In this document: positions 1 to 9,886 of the stretch, piece by piece | Layout: every line of letters starts with the position of its first letter | Numbering within the stretch: the stretch's first letter is position 1 | Source of the DNA: Candidatus Latescibacterota bacterium | Lineage (GTDB): Bacteria; Latescibacterota; UBA2968; UBA8231 | Assembly: GCA_965248265.1 (NCBI GenBank) | Contig: CBDFJF010000001.1 | Location: forward strand, 3,008,001-3,072,000 | Reading direction: 5' to 3' | Length of the DNA stretch: 64,000 nt | Program-made: the position numbers and the translations under genes | The notes under the pieces: generated by a model | What the model saw: the letters and a program-made list of their open reading frames with translations, nothing else | The model's database searches: none | What the model was told of the DNA's origin: nothing

Positions 1-1199
1 TCACCCTGCTGACGGTACAGCGCAGCCAGTTCGCGCACAGCCATCGCCCAAATCAGGCGGGAGGTTGGAGAGGATGTTGCAGCCGTCGCATTGCCGTTGC
101 TCTGAATCAGATTGAGGAACATCGGCACGGCCTCGCGAGCACGGCCCATTCGGCTATTGGTCGTGGCCAGGCCCAGTTTGGCCAGCCCCAACGTCGCGGC
201 AGCAACTTCAGGTCGCGATATCACCTCGCCATACATCTCAACAGCGCGGTCGAATTCCCCAGACTCGCGAAGGGCGTCAGCCAGACCCAACTGAACGTGA
301 TTCATCCAACCCGGAGTGCGCGATTTCCTGCCAAACGCTTTCTCATAGGCGACGACGGCCTCGCCGTAACGCGCCTGTGCGAAATGGAACCTGGCGAAGT
401 CTACGAGGGCGCTGTCGGCGTGGGCGGAGGCGGTAAAACTCTTGAGCAGACGCGCCATGGCATGATCGGCCTCGGTGCTGCGGTTGAGAATCAGCAGAAT
501 CCGTTCGGATAACAGCAGTGCATCCCGCGCCTGAGAGCTCTTCGGTGAGGCGGCGGCTATTTGCTCGAGCAGGGCCAGCGCCGCGCTCCAATCTCCTTGC
601 GCAAAGCGGAGTTGAGCCAGATGGTATCGGGCATTGTGGGCGGCTTCGAGGGTCGAATACTCACCGATCACGCGGTCGTACACGCGTGCGGCGCTACCAA
701 AGTCGTCCGCGCGGCGGTAGTTGGAGGCGGCCTTGAGCAAGACGCCCGGCGCGAAGGTGCTGGCGCTGAACAGCGTCTGAACCTCCTCCAGCGCCACTGC
801 GGCCTGTCGAAACTGGCCAAGTTGAGAAAGGCAGTCGGCACGCTCTCGTCGTGCCTCGGAGACACTCAGGTGTTCCGGGTGATGTTCAAAGAAGGCGGCA
901 TAGGCCCTGACCGCCTCCTCGCATCGGGCAGGGTCGCTGCGTGAATAGGAACGGGCCAACATCAACCGGGCCTCAGGTAAATTGGCGTCGGTCGGGTAGT
1001 CCAGGATGAACTCGGCGAACTTTCTGGCCGCGGTATCCCAGTCACCGGCGTCGCGAAACAGGTTGCGGGCAAAGGCGAAATCGTCATCTGCGGCCTCATC
1101 GCCGGCGACAGCCGCCGGGACACACAGGATGACGAAGACGACAAGGCAAACGGTCCGGTTCCCGGGTCCTTTTCCTTTGGGTTGTTCCAAAATCGACAC
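1..1199 (-). CDS. Exported tetratricopeptide-repeat protein (3' end runs off the window)
   Basis: Not in the ORF track because it has no stop in the window. Manual translation from GTG at 1199 gives MSILEQPKGKGPGNRTVCLVVFVILCVPAAVAGDEAADDDFAFARNLFRDAGDWDTAARKFAEFILDYP...LGLADALRESGEFDRAVEMY...ELAALYRQQG: signal peptide plus TPR-like helices. Confidence 0.75.
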   Translation of the reverse strand, partial: MSILEQPKGKGPGNRTVCLVVFVILCVPAAVAGDEAADDDFAFARNLFRDAGDWDTAARKFAEFILDYPTDANLPEARLMLARSYSRSDPARCEEAVRAYAAFFEHHPEHLSVSEARRERADCLSQLGQFRQAAVALEEVQTLFSASTFAPGVLLKAASNYRRADDFGSAARVYDRVIGEYSTLEAAHNARYHLAQLRFAQGDWSAALALLEQIAAASPKSSQARDALLLSERILLILNRSTEADHAMARLLKSFTASAHADSALVDFARFHFAQARYGEAVVAYEKAFGRKSRTPGWMNHVQLGLADALRESGEFDRAVEMYGEVISRPEVAAATLGLAKLGLATTNSRMGRAREAVPMFLNLIQSNGNATAATSSPTSRLIWAMAVRELAALYRQQG

Positions 1200-1304
1200 G
1201 TTGTGTTTTCGTTCGACAACAGCACTGACATGGATCGCAAATACGCGGCTATATACCTGATATCATTATAAGTTATAGGCAACGGCACTAACGGGGTCAA
1301 GAGC

Positions 1305-2210
1305 ATGGAAAGGGAGTCGGAAAGCACCTATGGAGCGTCGCTGCATGTCGAATTGGCACACGCGAAGCTCAACCTGGGCCTGAGGGTTCTGGGGAAAAGG
1401 CAGGACGGCTATCACGACATACTCAGTGTCTTCCAGACCGTTAGTCTGGCGGACAGGCTCTCGTTTCATGAGTCCGCACATGCCGGATTCAGCTGCACCG
1501 ACGACTCGTTGTCGACCACGGCCGACAATCTTGTCGTCAAAGCGCTCGATCTGTTCTCGAGCGAGGTGGCCGAAACAACGGCAATCCCGATCCTACACCT
1601 GCATCTGGAGAAGACGATTCCGGTTGGCGCCGGGTTGGGCGGTGGCAGCGCAGACGCGGCGGCCACGCTCCGGGGACTCAACAAGCTTTGCGGATTCCCC
1701 CTGGATGAGCAGACGTTGCTACGTCTGGCGGCTGACATCGGCTCGGATGTGCCGTTCTGTCTGCGCGGGGGAACAGCCCTCGTCAGCGGTCGTGGAGAGA
1801 CTGTCGAAAAGCTGGAATGGCCACCCGTACGGTGGTATTTCGTAGTCGTCTTCCCAGGGGTCTTCGTGAGCACGAAATGGGCCTACGACAGCCTGGGTGA
1901 CAAGTTGACGACCTCCTCTCCTTACATTAGTTTTATCAGCTCTTTGCGCGGCGGGCGCGTTGACTTGACGGGGCTGCTGGAGGTGATCGAAAACGACTTC
2001 CAGACCGTCGTTGAACGAGCCAATCCCATCGTCGCTGAACTCGTGTCAGGGTTCGACCGCAGAGGAGCGCTGTGCAGCTCCATGACCGGTACGGGCTCTA
2101 CCGTGTACGGCATTTTCGACGACCGGATCGCCGCTTTGGCTGTTTGTGATGAGCTCGAGGCGGAGGGTCACCGGTCGTTTTTTTGTGAGCCCGTGTCGTC
2201 GACCGAATAA
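1305..2210 (+). CDS. ispE: 4-diphosphocytidyl-2-C-methyl-D-erythritol kinase
   Basis: AKLNLGLRVLGKRQDGYHDI, IPVGAGLGGGSADAA (GHMP motif), GSDVPF, MTGTGSTVYG. Confidence 0.96.
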   Translation: MERESESTYGASLHVELAHAKLNLGLRVLGKRQDGYHDILSVFQTVSLADRLSFHESAHAGFSCTDDSLSTTADNLVVKALDLFSSEVAETTAIPILHLHLEKTIPVGAGLGGGSADAAATLRGLNKLCGFPLDEQTLLRLAADIGSDVPFCLRGGTALVSGRGETVEKLEWPPVRWYFVVVFPGVFVSTKWAYDSLGDKLTTSSPYISFISSLRGGRVDLTGLLEVIENDFQTVVERANPIVAELVSGFDRRGALCSSMTGTGSTVYGIFDDRIAALAVCDELEAEGHRSFFCEPVSSTE

Positions 2211-2249
2211 AGGCGGCTTGGAATACTGCGGGCCGCATCCAGGTTCGGT

Positions 2250-2324
2250 TGCCCGGTCGTTCAAGTGGTAGGACAACGGATTTTGGTTCCGTCTATCGAG
2301 GTTCGAGTCCTCGCCGGGCAGCCA
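2250..2324 (+). tRNA. tRNA-Gln(TTG)
   Basis: TGCCCGG/CCGGGCA acceptor stem, ACGGA-TT-TTG-GT-TCCGT anticodon arm, GGTTCGAGTCC T-arm, encoded CCA; the usual position after ispE. Confidence 0.95.
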
Positions 2325-2381
2325 TTTGAAAATTTCAATTTTGAAGCGTCAACTACATCAGGCAGAAAGAGGTCAGTCATC

Positions 2382-3131
2382 ATGCCGGCAGTGCAGATGA
2401 AGGTGTATCAGCGCGAGGAAATCGAGCTGCAGGTTTCCGAACGGTCAGAGAAGGGCAAGGGAGATGTTGGCCGCTTGCGGCGGGATCAATCCATGCTTCC
2501 AGGCATCGTCTACGGCCACAATCAGGAACCGGTCTGCTTCAAGGTTCCGCAGCGCACCCTTGAGCGCGCCTTGAGTCACGGGGGGGCCGACGCGGTCTTC
2601 CTGCTGAGTATGGAAGGTAGTGGAAAGGACACAGAAAGGACCGTCGTCCGCGAGATCCAGTACCACAAGGTGATGGACGAGATCGTCCATGTGGATATGT
2701 TGCGCATCGATCCCACCGAGACCCTGCGTGTCGAAGTGCCGATCGTTACGGAGGGGATTCCGGCCGGCGTGACCACGGGTGGCGGCGCCCTGCAGCAGAC
2801 GTTGGCCCGCATTGAGATGATCTGTTTGGCCTCGGAATTGCCGTCGAGGATAGAAGTGGATGTCACCGATCTGGAAATCGGTGACAGCATCCATGTGGCG
2901 GAGCTGCTGGAACAGGATGAGCGCATCAACACGGATCCGAGCGTGACGATCGTCTCCGTCCTGTCACCGCGCTTGACCATAGATGACGAGCTCGAGTTGG
3001 CAGCTGAAGCGGAAGAAGTGGAAGAAGGGGAAGAAGGCGAGGAAGTGGAAGAAGGGGCGGAGGGGGATGCCGAGGGCGCGGCCGAGGGCACGCCCGCCGA
3101 AGGCGAGCAGGGCGGAGAAGACGGCAGCTGA
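2382..3131 (+). CDS. rplY: 50S ribosomal protein bL25 / Ctc with acidic tail
   Basis: RLRR..LPGIVYG, REIQYH..IVHVD, GGGALQQ, LEIGDSIHV. Start moved to ATG 2382 because the longer ORF overlaps the tRNA. Confidence 0.95.
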   Translation: MPAVQMKVYQREEIELQVSERSEKGKGDVGRLRRDQSMLPGIVYGHNQEPVCFKVPQRTLERALSHGGADAVFLLSMEGSGKDTERTVVREIQYHKVMDEIVHVDMLRIDPTETLRVEVPIVTEGIPAGVTTGGGALQQTLARIEMICLASELPSRIEVDVTDLEIGDSIHVAELLEQDERINTDPSVTIVSVLSPRLTIDDELELAAEAEEVEEGEEGEEVEEGAEGDAEGAAEGTPAEGEQGGEDGS

Positions 3132-3150
3132 GCGGGGTGAACCGAACTCC

Positions 3151-3732
3151 GTGTGTGTGTCGATCGTCGTTGGTCTGGGCAATCCGGGTGATCACTACGC
3201 CCTCACGCGGCACAACATCGGATTCATGGCCCTGGACCGGTTGGCACAGCGCCGTGACCGTCCGTGGTCGCCATACGGCCCTTCCGAGATGACCAGTTTG
3301 GTCGCTTCGGCCGATATTGACGGCAAGCCGGTCCTGCTGGTGAAGCCGTATACCTTCATGAATGCCAGCGGCAAGGCGGTGACGGCTCTGTGCGCCAAAC
3401 AGGAGTTCGAGCCTTCGAACCTGCTCGTCGTGTTCGATGATTTTCACCTCGCGTTCGGCCGGCTACGTCTGCGCAGGAGTGGCACCGACGGCGGCCACAA
3501 CGGCCTGGCTTCCGTCATCGAGGAAGTTGGCAGTGACGACATTCCTCGCCTGCGCATGGGCATCGGACCTCTACCCGATGACGGCGAGGAAATCGATTAC
3601 GTGCTCTCGGAGTTTGGGCGCGACGAGAACGTGGAGGAGCTCGTTGACCGGGGATGTTCGGCTGTCGAGCACTGCATCGCCGACGGGATTTACGCAACGA
3701 TGAATCAATTCAACGGGTGTGCACCCCTGTGA
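3151..3732 (+). CDS. pth: Peptidyl-tRNA hydrolase
   Basis: [32 protein letters not shown]; GTG start at 3151 or 3157. Confidence 0.95.
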   Translation: MCVSIVVGLGNPGDHYALTRHNIGFMALDRLAQRRDRPWSPYGPSEMTSLVASADIDGKPVLLVKPYTFMNASGKAVTALCAKQEFEPSNLLVVFDDFHLAFGRLRLRRSGTDGGHNGLASVIEEVGSDDIPRLRMGIGPLPDDGEEIDYVLSEFGRDENVEELVDRGCSAVEHCIADGIYATMNQFNGCAPL

Positions 3733-3778
3733 GCAGACAACGCACCCGTTCACTCAAGGCAGGAGATCAAAGTTCATA

Positions 3779-5836
3779 ATGGAGACGTGGACGACCAGTG
3801 CACCGTACTTGGGCATAGTCGGGCTCGTGATGGCCCTCTTGACCTATATCTACATCAAGAAGCAGGATGCTGGCACACCACAGATGACGGCTATTTCAGA
3901 CGCCATCCACGAGGGTGCCATGACGTTTTTGCGGCGGGAGTATTCCATTCTCCTGATTTTCGTCATCGTCGTATTCGCCCTCCTCTACATGGGAGTCGGT
4001 GACCGAACCGCGTGGGCTTTTCTGGCAGGTGCGGCCTGTTCGATCGTGGCCGGTTTCTCGGGAATGAAGGCCGCTACGCGTGCGAACGTGCGCACGACCC
4101 AGGCGGCGAACACTAAGGGCCAGGGCGCGGCTCTGGGCGTTTCGTTTGCCGGAGGAGCCGTGATGGGCCTGGCCGTGGCCAGCCTCGGCCTCGTCGGCAT
4201 CGGCTTTCTGTGCCAGCTGTTCGGCGTATGGGAGAACCATGCAAACGCCACGGTCGTCAACGGCTTCGCGATGGGAGCGTCTTCGATCGCCCTCTTCGCC
4301 CGTGTCGGTGGAGGCATTTTTACCAAGTCCGCCGATGTCGGCGCCGACCTGGTCGGCAAGGTCGAACAGGGCATTCCGGAGGATGACCCGCGCAATCCCG
4401 CGACCATAGCGGACAACGTCGGCGACAACGTCGGCGATGTCGCTGGCATGGGTGCCGACATCTTCGAATCCTACGTCGGCTCGGTGATCGCCACCATCGC
4501 CATCGCCGCCACCGCCTCGATGGCCCTGCTCAACAAGCTTGCTCCCGGCATGGAAGACACCCAAGCCCGGGCTGCGGCGATGAGTTTTCCGCTGCTCGTG
4601 ATCATGATCGGTATGGTAGCATCCATAGTCGGGATCGCCGCAGTGAAAATTCTGCAGAACATGAATCCAGCGGCCGCGTTGCGGTACTCCTCATGGCTGG
4701 CGGCCATCCTGATGATGGTTGGCGCCTACTGGGTCTGTGGCGAGCTCGGCCTTTCATACGGAACCTTCTGGGCGGTCTTCTACGGCAGTGCCGTCGGCAT
4801 CGCAATCGGTCTGCTGACCGAGTACTACACCGGAGGCAAGCCGATTCGGAGCATCGCCGAGGCCTCCAAAACGGGAGCGGCAACCAACATCATTACAGGG
4901 TTCGCCGTCGGTATGGAAAGCGTCGCGCTGCCGACGATCGCCATCGTCATAGCCATCGGCCTGGGTTTTCACTTCGCCGGACTCTACGGTATCGGCATCG
5001 CCGCCGTGGGCATGCTGTCGACGGTCGGAATCACCATGTCCGTTGATGCTTACGGACCGATCGCCGACAACGCCGGCGGTATCAGTGAGCAAGCGCAATT
5101 GGGAGAGGAGACTCGCAAGATCACCGATAGTCTGGATTCGCTGGGCAATACCACGGCTGCGATGGGTAAAGGCTTCGCCATCGGCTCAGCAGCACTAACC
5201 GCTCTGGCGCTGTTTTCCGCCTACACCTCCGCGGTGCGTGCCGCCAGCGGCGCGGAAGTCGTCGTCGACGTCACCACGCCAGGTGTTGTCATCGGCCTCT
5301 TCATCGGCGCCATGATTCCGTACCTGGGTGCGGCTTTCACGGTCACGTCGGTTGGCAAGGCGGCGTTCCAGATGGTCGAAGAAGTGCGGCGCCAGTTCCG
5401 GGAGATTCCAGGCCTGATGGAAGGCACGGGAGAGCCCGACACCAAGCGGTGTGTGGAGATCAGTACCAACGCAGCTCTGAAAGAGATGATCCTGCCGGGA
5501 CTGACGGCCGTGCTGGCCCCGGTCATCGTCGGTTTTCTGCTGGGGCCCGTGGCTCTGGGTGGCATGCTCGCGGGGGCTACCGTCAGCGGGGTTCTGGTCG
5601 CGTTGATGATGGCCAACAGCGGTGGCGCCTGGGACAATGCCAAGAAGTGGATCGAAGAAGGCAATCTGGGAGGCAAGGGCTCGGAACCGCACAAGGCCGC
5701 CGTTGTCGGTGACACGGTTGGCGATCCTTTCAAGGACACGTCGGGTCCTTCCATGAACATCCTCATCAAACTGATGTCGGTGGTTTCACTGGTCCTGGCA
5801 CCTCTGTTCGTCCAGTACGGGCTCAAGCTGTTTTAA
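3779..5836 (+). CDS. hppA: Membrane ion-translocating pyrophosphatase, K+-dependent type (Na+ or H+ pump)
   Basis: [38 protein letters not shown]; GNTTAA has Ala at the K+-dependence position; AGGAG RBS before ATG 3779. Confidence 0.95.
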   Translation: METWTTSAPYLGIVGLVMALLTYIYIKKQDAGTPQMTAISDAIHEGAMTFLRREYSILLIFVIVVFALLYMGVGDRTAWAFLAGAACSIVAGFSGMKAATRANVRTTQAANTKGQGAALGVSFAGGAVMGLAVASLGLVGIGFLCQLFGVWENHANATVVNGFAMGASSIALFARVGGGIFTKSADVGADLVGKVEQGIPEDDPRNPATIADNVGDNVGDVAGMGADIFESYVGSVIATIAIAATASMALLNKLAPGMEDTQARAAAMSFPLLVIMIGMVASIVGIAAVKILQNMNPAAALRYSSWLAAILMMVGAYWVCGELGLSYGTFWAVFYGSAVGIAIGLLTEYYTGGKPIRSIAEASKTGAATNIITGFAVGMESVALPTIAIVIAIGLGFHFAGLYGIGIAAVGMLSTVGITMSVDAYGPIADNAGGISEQAQLGEETRKITDSLDSLGNTTAAMGKGFAIGSAALTALALFSAYTSAVRAASGAEVVVDVTTPGVVIGLFIGAMIPYLGAAFTVTSVGKAAFQMVEEVRRQFREIPGLMEGTGEPDTKRCVEISTNAALKEMILPGLTAVLAPVIVGFLLGPVALGGMLAGATVSGVLVALMMANSGGAWDNAKKWIEEGNLGGKGSEPHKAAVVGDTVGDPFKDTSGPSMNILIKLMSVVSLVLAPLFVQYGLKLF

Positions 5837-5854
5837 AACACCATACGAGAGAGA

Positions 5855-6457
5855 ATGATGGATAAGAAATACGAACTCGTCTGCATCATCGACCCTCAAG
5901 TCGGCGACGGAGGCTTCGACCCGATCATCGAGAAGTATCAAGGCCAGCTCGAGGGACAGGGCGGACAGATGGTCAACCTAGACAAGTGGGGATTGCGCAA
6001 GCTGGCTTTCACCTCGGTCAGCATGAAGCGACGCCAGCAGGGCTACTATGTCTGCTACCAGTTCACGGCGCCTCCGGGTGACTTCGAAGCTGTCCAGCAC
6101 GAACTCAAGCTGGACGAAGACATCCTCAGGTACCTACTTGTCGCCGTACCTGGAGAGTTTACGAGGGTGCCGGTGTTGGCGCCCGACACGGTATACGTCA
6201 GGGAGCGCGAGGAGCGATTCTCACGCGGCCGGGGTGGACCGGGTGCCCGGCGACCTGATCGGCCGGAGAGACCGCCTCGACCAGTTGATGGTGAGGCGGC
6301 TGAGGGTGAAGGAAAAGCTGGCGCAGGAGCGGCTGAGGCTGGGACCGGGGCTGACGGGACAGGTTCCGCTGCCGAGCCGGTGGAGGTGACCGCAGAGGCT
6401 ACAACGACAGAAAGCGAAGCGGCTGACGAGAAGGCCAGCGAACAAGAAGAGAGTTGA
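5855..6457 (+). CDS. rpsF: 30S ribosomal protein bS6 with long low-complexity tail
   Basis: KKYELVCIIDP, KWGLRKLAF, GYYVCYQF, LKLDEDILRYL. Confidence 0.93.
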   Translation: MMDKKYELVCIIDPQVGDGGFDPIIEKYQGQLEGQGGQMVNLDKWGLRKLAFTSVSMKRRQQGYYVCYQFTAPPGDFEAVQHELKLDEDILRYLLVAVPGEFTRVPVLAPDTVYVREREERFSRGRGGPGARRPDRPERPPRPVDGEAAEGEGKAGAGAAEAGTGADGTGSAAEPVEVTAEATTTESEAADEKASEQEES

Positions 6458-6520
6458 CATCGAAGTTTACGATTGGACTGAATCATCGATCGTGGATTTC
6501 TCCGCTCGCGAGGCGCAACG

Positions 6521-7381
6521 ATGCCGACGATAGTGAGCCTGCTGTTAGTGACGGCGACATTGCTGGCATGCCGACGGTACGGTGTGCGCAGCATCCTACC
6601 GTTCGCCGTGATCCCGGCGCTCGTCTACGTCAGCGGGATCTACGCGGGGCCGATTCTCAAACTATTGGTCGCGGCTCCCTTCATCGGTCTGCTCGCCGGA
6701 TACCAAATCGACCGCGGGAAGCCCTACGGGCAGGTAATCGCCGCGGCTGCCTTGCCGGGGTTGGCCATGGCGATCCCTTTTCTGGTGGATCTAGTGCTGG
6801 GCACAGGACAAGATCCGGAATCCGTGGATCAGGTCGCGTCCCAGCTGGAAGCGGCAGGTCTGGACATGATGGGGGAAGAATACGGGCCGGAGGCGGAGAA
6901 GCTGACGGTTCAGATTCTGCACCTCCAGCATCGTCTGCAGCCCGCCGTTCTCGTTGTTTCTGCGTTGTTGACTGCCGTTTTGGGATATCGGCTGGCGTGG
7001 TCCGTGGCGCCAAAGCTCAACGTAGGATTGCCGCAAGCGCCGTTCATTCACCTGTGGCGGCTATGGGACTCGCTGATTTGGGTACTGGTCGGGGCCACGG
7101 CAGCGGCCCTGTTGGGAACGGCTGCCATTCGCGATCTGGCCTTCAACACCATGTTCGTGATCGTGCTGTTGTATGGAGTGCAGGGATTTGCCCTGGCCAG
7201 GCACTTCGCCAAGCGAATGTCCGTGCCTGTGTACCTGGAGTTGCTATTCTACGGTTCGCTGATGCTGAGCCCCGGGTTCGGAGTCCTCGTCCTGGTCGGG
7301 GCCGGCCTCTTGGAGACCTGGTTCGACTGGCGACGACTATCGCATCGCCACGAGCCCGTTGAGGAGGAGAGCCAACATTGA
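6521..7381 (+). CDS. DUF2232/YybS-like integral membrane protein
   Basis: Multi-TM; YGVQGFAL and GLLETWFDWRRL tail; conserved position before rplI. Confidence 0.8.
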   Translation: MPTIVSLLLVTATLLACRRYGVRSILPFAVIPALVYVSGIYAGPILKLLVAAPFIGLLAGYQIDRGKPYGQVIAAAALPGLAMAIPFLVDLVLGTGQDPESVDQVASQLEAAGLDMMGEEYGPEAEKLTVQILHLQHRLQPAVLVVSALLTAVLGYRLAWSVAPKLNVGLPQAPFIHLWRLWDSLIWVLVGATAAALLGTAAIRDLAFNTMFVIVLLYGVQGFALARHFAKRMSVPVYLELLFYGSLMLSPGFGVLVLVGAGLLETWFDWRRLSHRHEPVEEESQH

Positions 7382-7821
7382 AAGTTATTCTACTCAGAGA
7401 CGTTGATCGTTTGGGCCAAGCCGGAGAGATCGTCAAAGTGGCTGACGGCTTCGCTCGCAACCATCTCATTCCCCAGGACCAGGCACTATTGGCAACCGAT
7501 GCCAACGTCGCCCAGTTCGAATCGCGCCGCCGGCAACATGCGGCTGCAGCCGACCGTGAAGCCCGCGCCGCGGCCCAGGTTGCACAGGAACTGGAAAAGG
7601 CATCCCTCACCATTCAGGTAAAGGTGGGAGAAGGGGACAGGCTATTCGGTTCGGTGACGTCCCAGAACATCGCCAACCTGCTCAAAGAGCAGGGCCACGA
7701 AGTCGATCGACGCACGATCGACCTCGAAGAACCCATTCGGTCGCTGGGCGTGTACAACGTTCCGGTCCGACTTCACTCAGAGGTCACGGCCACGGTCAAG
7801 CTCTGGGTCGTCAAGGAGTAG
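7378..7821 (+). CDS. rplI: 50S ribosomal protein bL9
   Basis: MKVILLRDVDRLG..G.IVKVADGFARNHLIP, RLFGSVT, PIRSLGVY. Confidence 0.97.
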   Translation: MKVILLRDVDRLGQAGEIVKVADGFARNHLIPQDQALLATDANVAQFESRRRQHAAAADREARAAAQVAQELEKASLTIQVKVGEGDRLFGSVTSQNIANLLKEQGHEVDRRTIDLEEPIRSLGVYNVPVRLHSEVTATVKLWVVKE

Positions 7822-7874
7822 CCGACCCCATTGCTGGTGGTCTGCGCAACCGGAGACCAGGCGGCAGGTTATCC

Positions 7875-8765
7875 ATGCTCCGTGTACTGGCAGCGGCTTC
7901 TGTAACCGTCGTAGTCGGGTCGTGTGCACCACAGGAACAGCCTGGGCCTTTCGAACAGGTTGAGGAAGCGGCCTGGCGGGTCGTCAACCGAAGCCACAGA
8001 GGCCAGGATGGAATCTTCGTGCAGGCGACGCTGCGAACCTTCGCCTACGAGATTGCCAGCATGTATGCGCGGGCCGAGAGCGAGGAGCTCGATCAGCAGC
8101 AACTGGAGAGCCGCTTCAGGCAGTTCGTCCACATGTTCATCGACGCACGATATCCCGACGACGACGGCACCGACATCAACAACCTGTTCTTCCAGTACCT
8201 CATCTACGTCAACCCGTCTTTCGACGCCTACAATCCGCTCCAGCGACAACTGTTCGATAACTGGCGCGGAGAATATGTACGCCGCCTCGTCGGCCTCGTA
8301 TACGATTCGAAGTATCCTCTGCTGCGTCACAAATACGACGAGCGCTGGGGGCTGACGCTCTACAGCAGACTGGTGTTCAATATCTACCTGGACAACACAG
8401 ACTCAGACATCAGGCCCCACGTCGCCGACATCGGCAGCCGTACCTTTCTCGTTGATGAGGATGGAAATCGTTACAGTCCCAGCGGTCTGGCCGGCCCGTA
8501 TCCGTATGAGTTCGACCGGCCACGCGACGATGTGCTGGAAGGAAAAGTAGTGTACCGGTTGTTTTTCCCTAACAAGAAGGCGGATCGTCTGACACCGATT
8601 GTTGGGCCTGATGCACTATTTGTTGAGTTGGTCATCGAGGGGCTGGGAGAAGAACCTGTAAGACGGTTGCGGTGGGACCTGCCTTTGAAGTACCCCGAGC
8701 CTCCGATACGGCGCATTCCCTCGCATATCGCGGAAACGCCTCTGATGACGGCGGGGTCTCAATAG
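7875..8765 (+). CDS. Hypothetical protein, probable lipoprotein
   Basis: 296-aa ORF; hydrophobic N-terminus ending VGSC (lipobox-like); no recognised domain. Confidence 0.7.
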   Translation: MLRVLAAASVTVVVGSCAPQEQPGPFEQVEEAAWRVVNRSHRGQDGIFVQATLRTFAYEIASMYARAESEELDQQQLESRFRQFVHMFIDARYPDDDGTDINNLFFQYLIYVNPSFDAYNPLQRQLFDNWRGEYVRRLVGLVYDSKYPLLRHKYDERWGLTLYSRLVFNIYLDNTDSDIRPHVADIGSRTFLVDEDGNRYSPSGLAGPYPYEFDRPRDDVLEGKVVYRLFFPNKKADRLTPIVGPDALFVELVIEGLGEEPVRRLRWDLPLKYPEPPIRRIPSHIAETPLMTAGSQ

Positions 8766-8779
8766 TCAAAGCCCTTCGA

Positions 8780-8878
8780 GGGAGCGGATGGGATCCTGGT
8801 GGTCTCCGCGGACTTCAAATCCGTTGCGGTGTCGCGACAGCGGCGCTGGGTGGGTTCGATTCCCACACGTTCCCGCCA
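8780..8878 (+). tRNA. selC: tRNA-Sec (TCA)
   Basis: GCGGA-CT-TCA-AA-TCCGT anticodon arm, 6-bp D stem GGGATC/GGTCTC, 9-bp variable arm CGGTGTCGC-GACA-GCGGCGCTG, GTGGG-TTCGATT-CCCAC T arm, GCCA end. Confidence 0.95.
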
Positions 8879-8915
8879 CCTACGTTATCAGCCGACCTGG
8901 ATATATAGGCGTTTC

Positions 8916-8944
8916 TTGACGCGACAGGGCAGCCGAGGTAGTCT
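8916..8944 (+). promoter_or_regulatory. Putative sigma70 promoter for 8998/9541
   Basis: TTGACG-N17-TAGTCT. Confidence 0.5.
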
Positions 8945-8997
8945 ATCCCCTACTCCTTCCTCATCAAAGTGCTATATGCAACGCGGGTCGTTTCTCC

Positions 8998-9534
8998 ATG
9001 GTCTGGGTACTCGGCGTTATCGTTGTCGGACTGATCGCTGTGATAGCCGAGCTGTTCCTCAGTTATCAGAAGCGGGCAGCCGATCTACGTCTCAAGCAGG
9101 ACCCTATTCGTGCCAAAATACGAGCACATCAAAAAGCGATGCAGGAGTCGGTCGAACGGATAAAGGGGGCAGCAGAAGATCAGCTGCAGGAACTCGATCG
9201 GGAGTTGCCGCTGAGAGGGCAGCAGGTCGACGGCTTTGCCCGGAACCTGAGAGAGGCTGAGATCGAGATCTTCGGCGAGGACTACGACCCCAGGGATGCG
9301 GCCAGGGACACGACCGACTTCCTCTCGGATGGCGACGAGAAGGATGAAGAGAAGGAAGAGGAGAAGGATCCCAACATTGTGCGAGTGGAAAAGGCGCGGG
9401 ACCTGTTGAGCGAGATGGAAGGACACGCCGCCAGCCTGAAGCGTGACATCGAAGTCGTGAAGCAGACTCTCGGTATGCTGGAAAGCAAGCTTCGGCGCAG
9501 CTCCGCTGTGGCGGAAGCGGAAACGGGAAAATAA
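8998..9534 (+). CDS. N-terminally anchored coiled-coil protein (subtype A)
   Basis: One N-terminal TM (VWVLGVIVVGLIAVIAELFL) followed by charged heptad-like helices. Confidence 0.8.
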   Translation: MVWVLGVIVVGLIAVIAELFLSYQKRAADLRLKQDPIRAKIRAHQKAMQESVERIKGAAEDQLQELDRELPLRGQQVDGFARNLREAEIEIFGEDYDPRDAARDTTDFLSDGDEKDEEKEEEKDPNIVRVEKARDLLSEMEGHAASLKRDIEVVKQTLGMLESKLRRSSAVAEAETGK

Positions 9535-9540
9535 TCAGCC

Positions 9541-9861
9541 ATGGCGGGAGTGTTCGATTCGTTAAACGTCACGCTGATCATCGCCGGTGTGCTCTTGCTC
9601 ATCGCCGCACTCGTCGTCCGTGACCAAACCGAATTCCGAATCAGCCAGCTGCGCAGCGAACTGCTGGCATTGCGCAACGAAGAAAAACGGCTATCTGAGC
9701 GTCGTGACGAGATCGAGTTGATGGTGGCGCAAATCGGCGATGCCCTGATGCGGGCGGACCGTCGAACCAGCGCCTTCGACAAAGGACTCGAGCAGGTATC
9801 GGAAATCCTGGAGGCTCTTGGCTCGGGCGTCGCCGAGACCTCAGAGAACGCGGAGTCCTGA
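9541..9861 (+). CDS. N-terminally anchored coiled-coil protein (subtype B)
   Basis: TM (LIIAGVLLLIAALVV) followed by a coiled coil; 6 bp after the previous gene. Confidence 0.8.
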   Translation: MAGVFDSLNVTLIIAGVLLLIAALVVRDQTEFRISQLRSELLALRNEEKRLSERRDEIELMVAQIGDALMRADRRTSAFDKGLEQVSEILEALGSGVAETSENAES

Positions 9862-9886
9862 CCGCTCACTCCCTGAACAACCCCCC

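Noticed and set aside
3005-3125. GAA/GAG-rich repeats in rplY and similar tracts in rpsF
   Set aside because: These are ordinary acidic low-complexity tails.
3151-3160. (GT)5 at the pth start as a phase-variation tract
   Set aside because: The tract is short, the gene is essential, and the frame is intact with alternative GTG starts.
4411-4440. Tandem GACAACGTCGGC repeat
   Set aside because: It encodes the conserved DNVGDNVGD motif of the pyrophosphatase.
6454-7362. Long alternative or antisense ORFs (e.g. 6454-7362, 13691-14551, 61660-62622)
   Set aside because: They are shadow frames of well-supported genes in GC-rich DNA and have no motifs.
8879-9000. Genomic island integrated at selC, or at tRNA-Leu (43539)
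   Set aside because: I saw no integrase, no duplicated tRNA 3' end and no obvious compositional shift.
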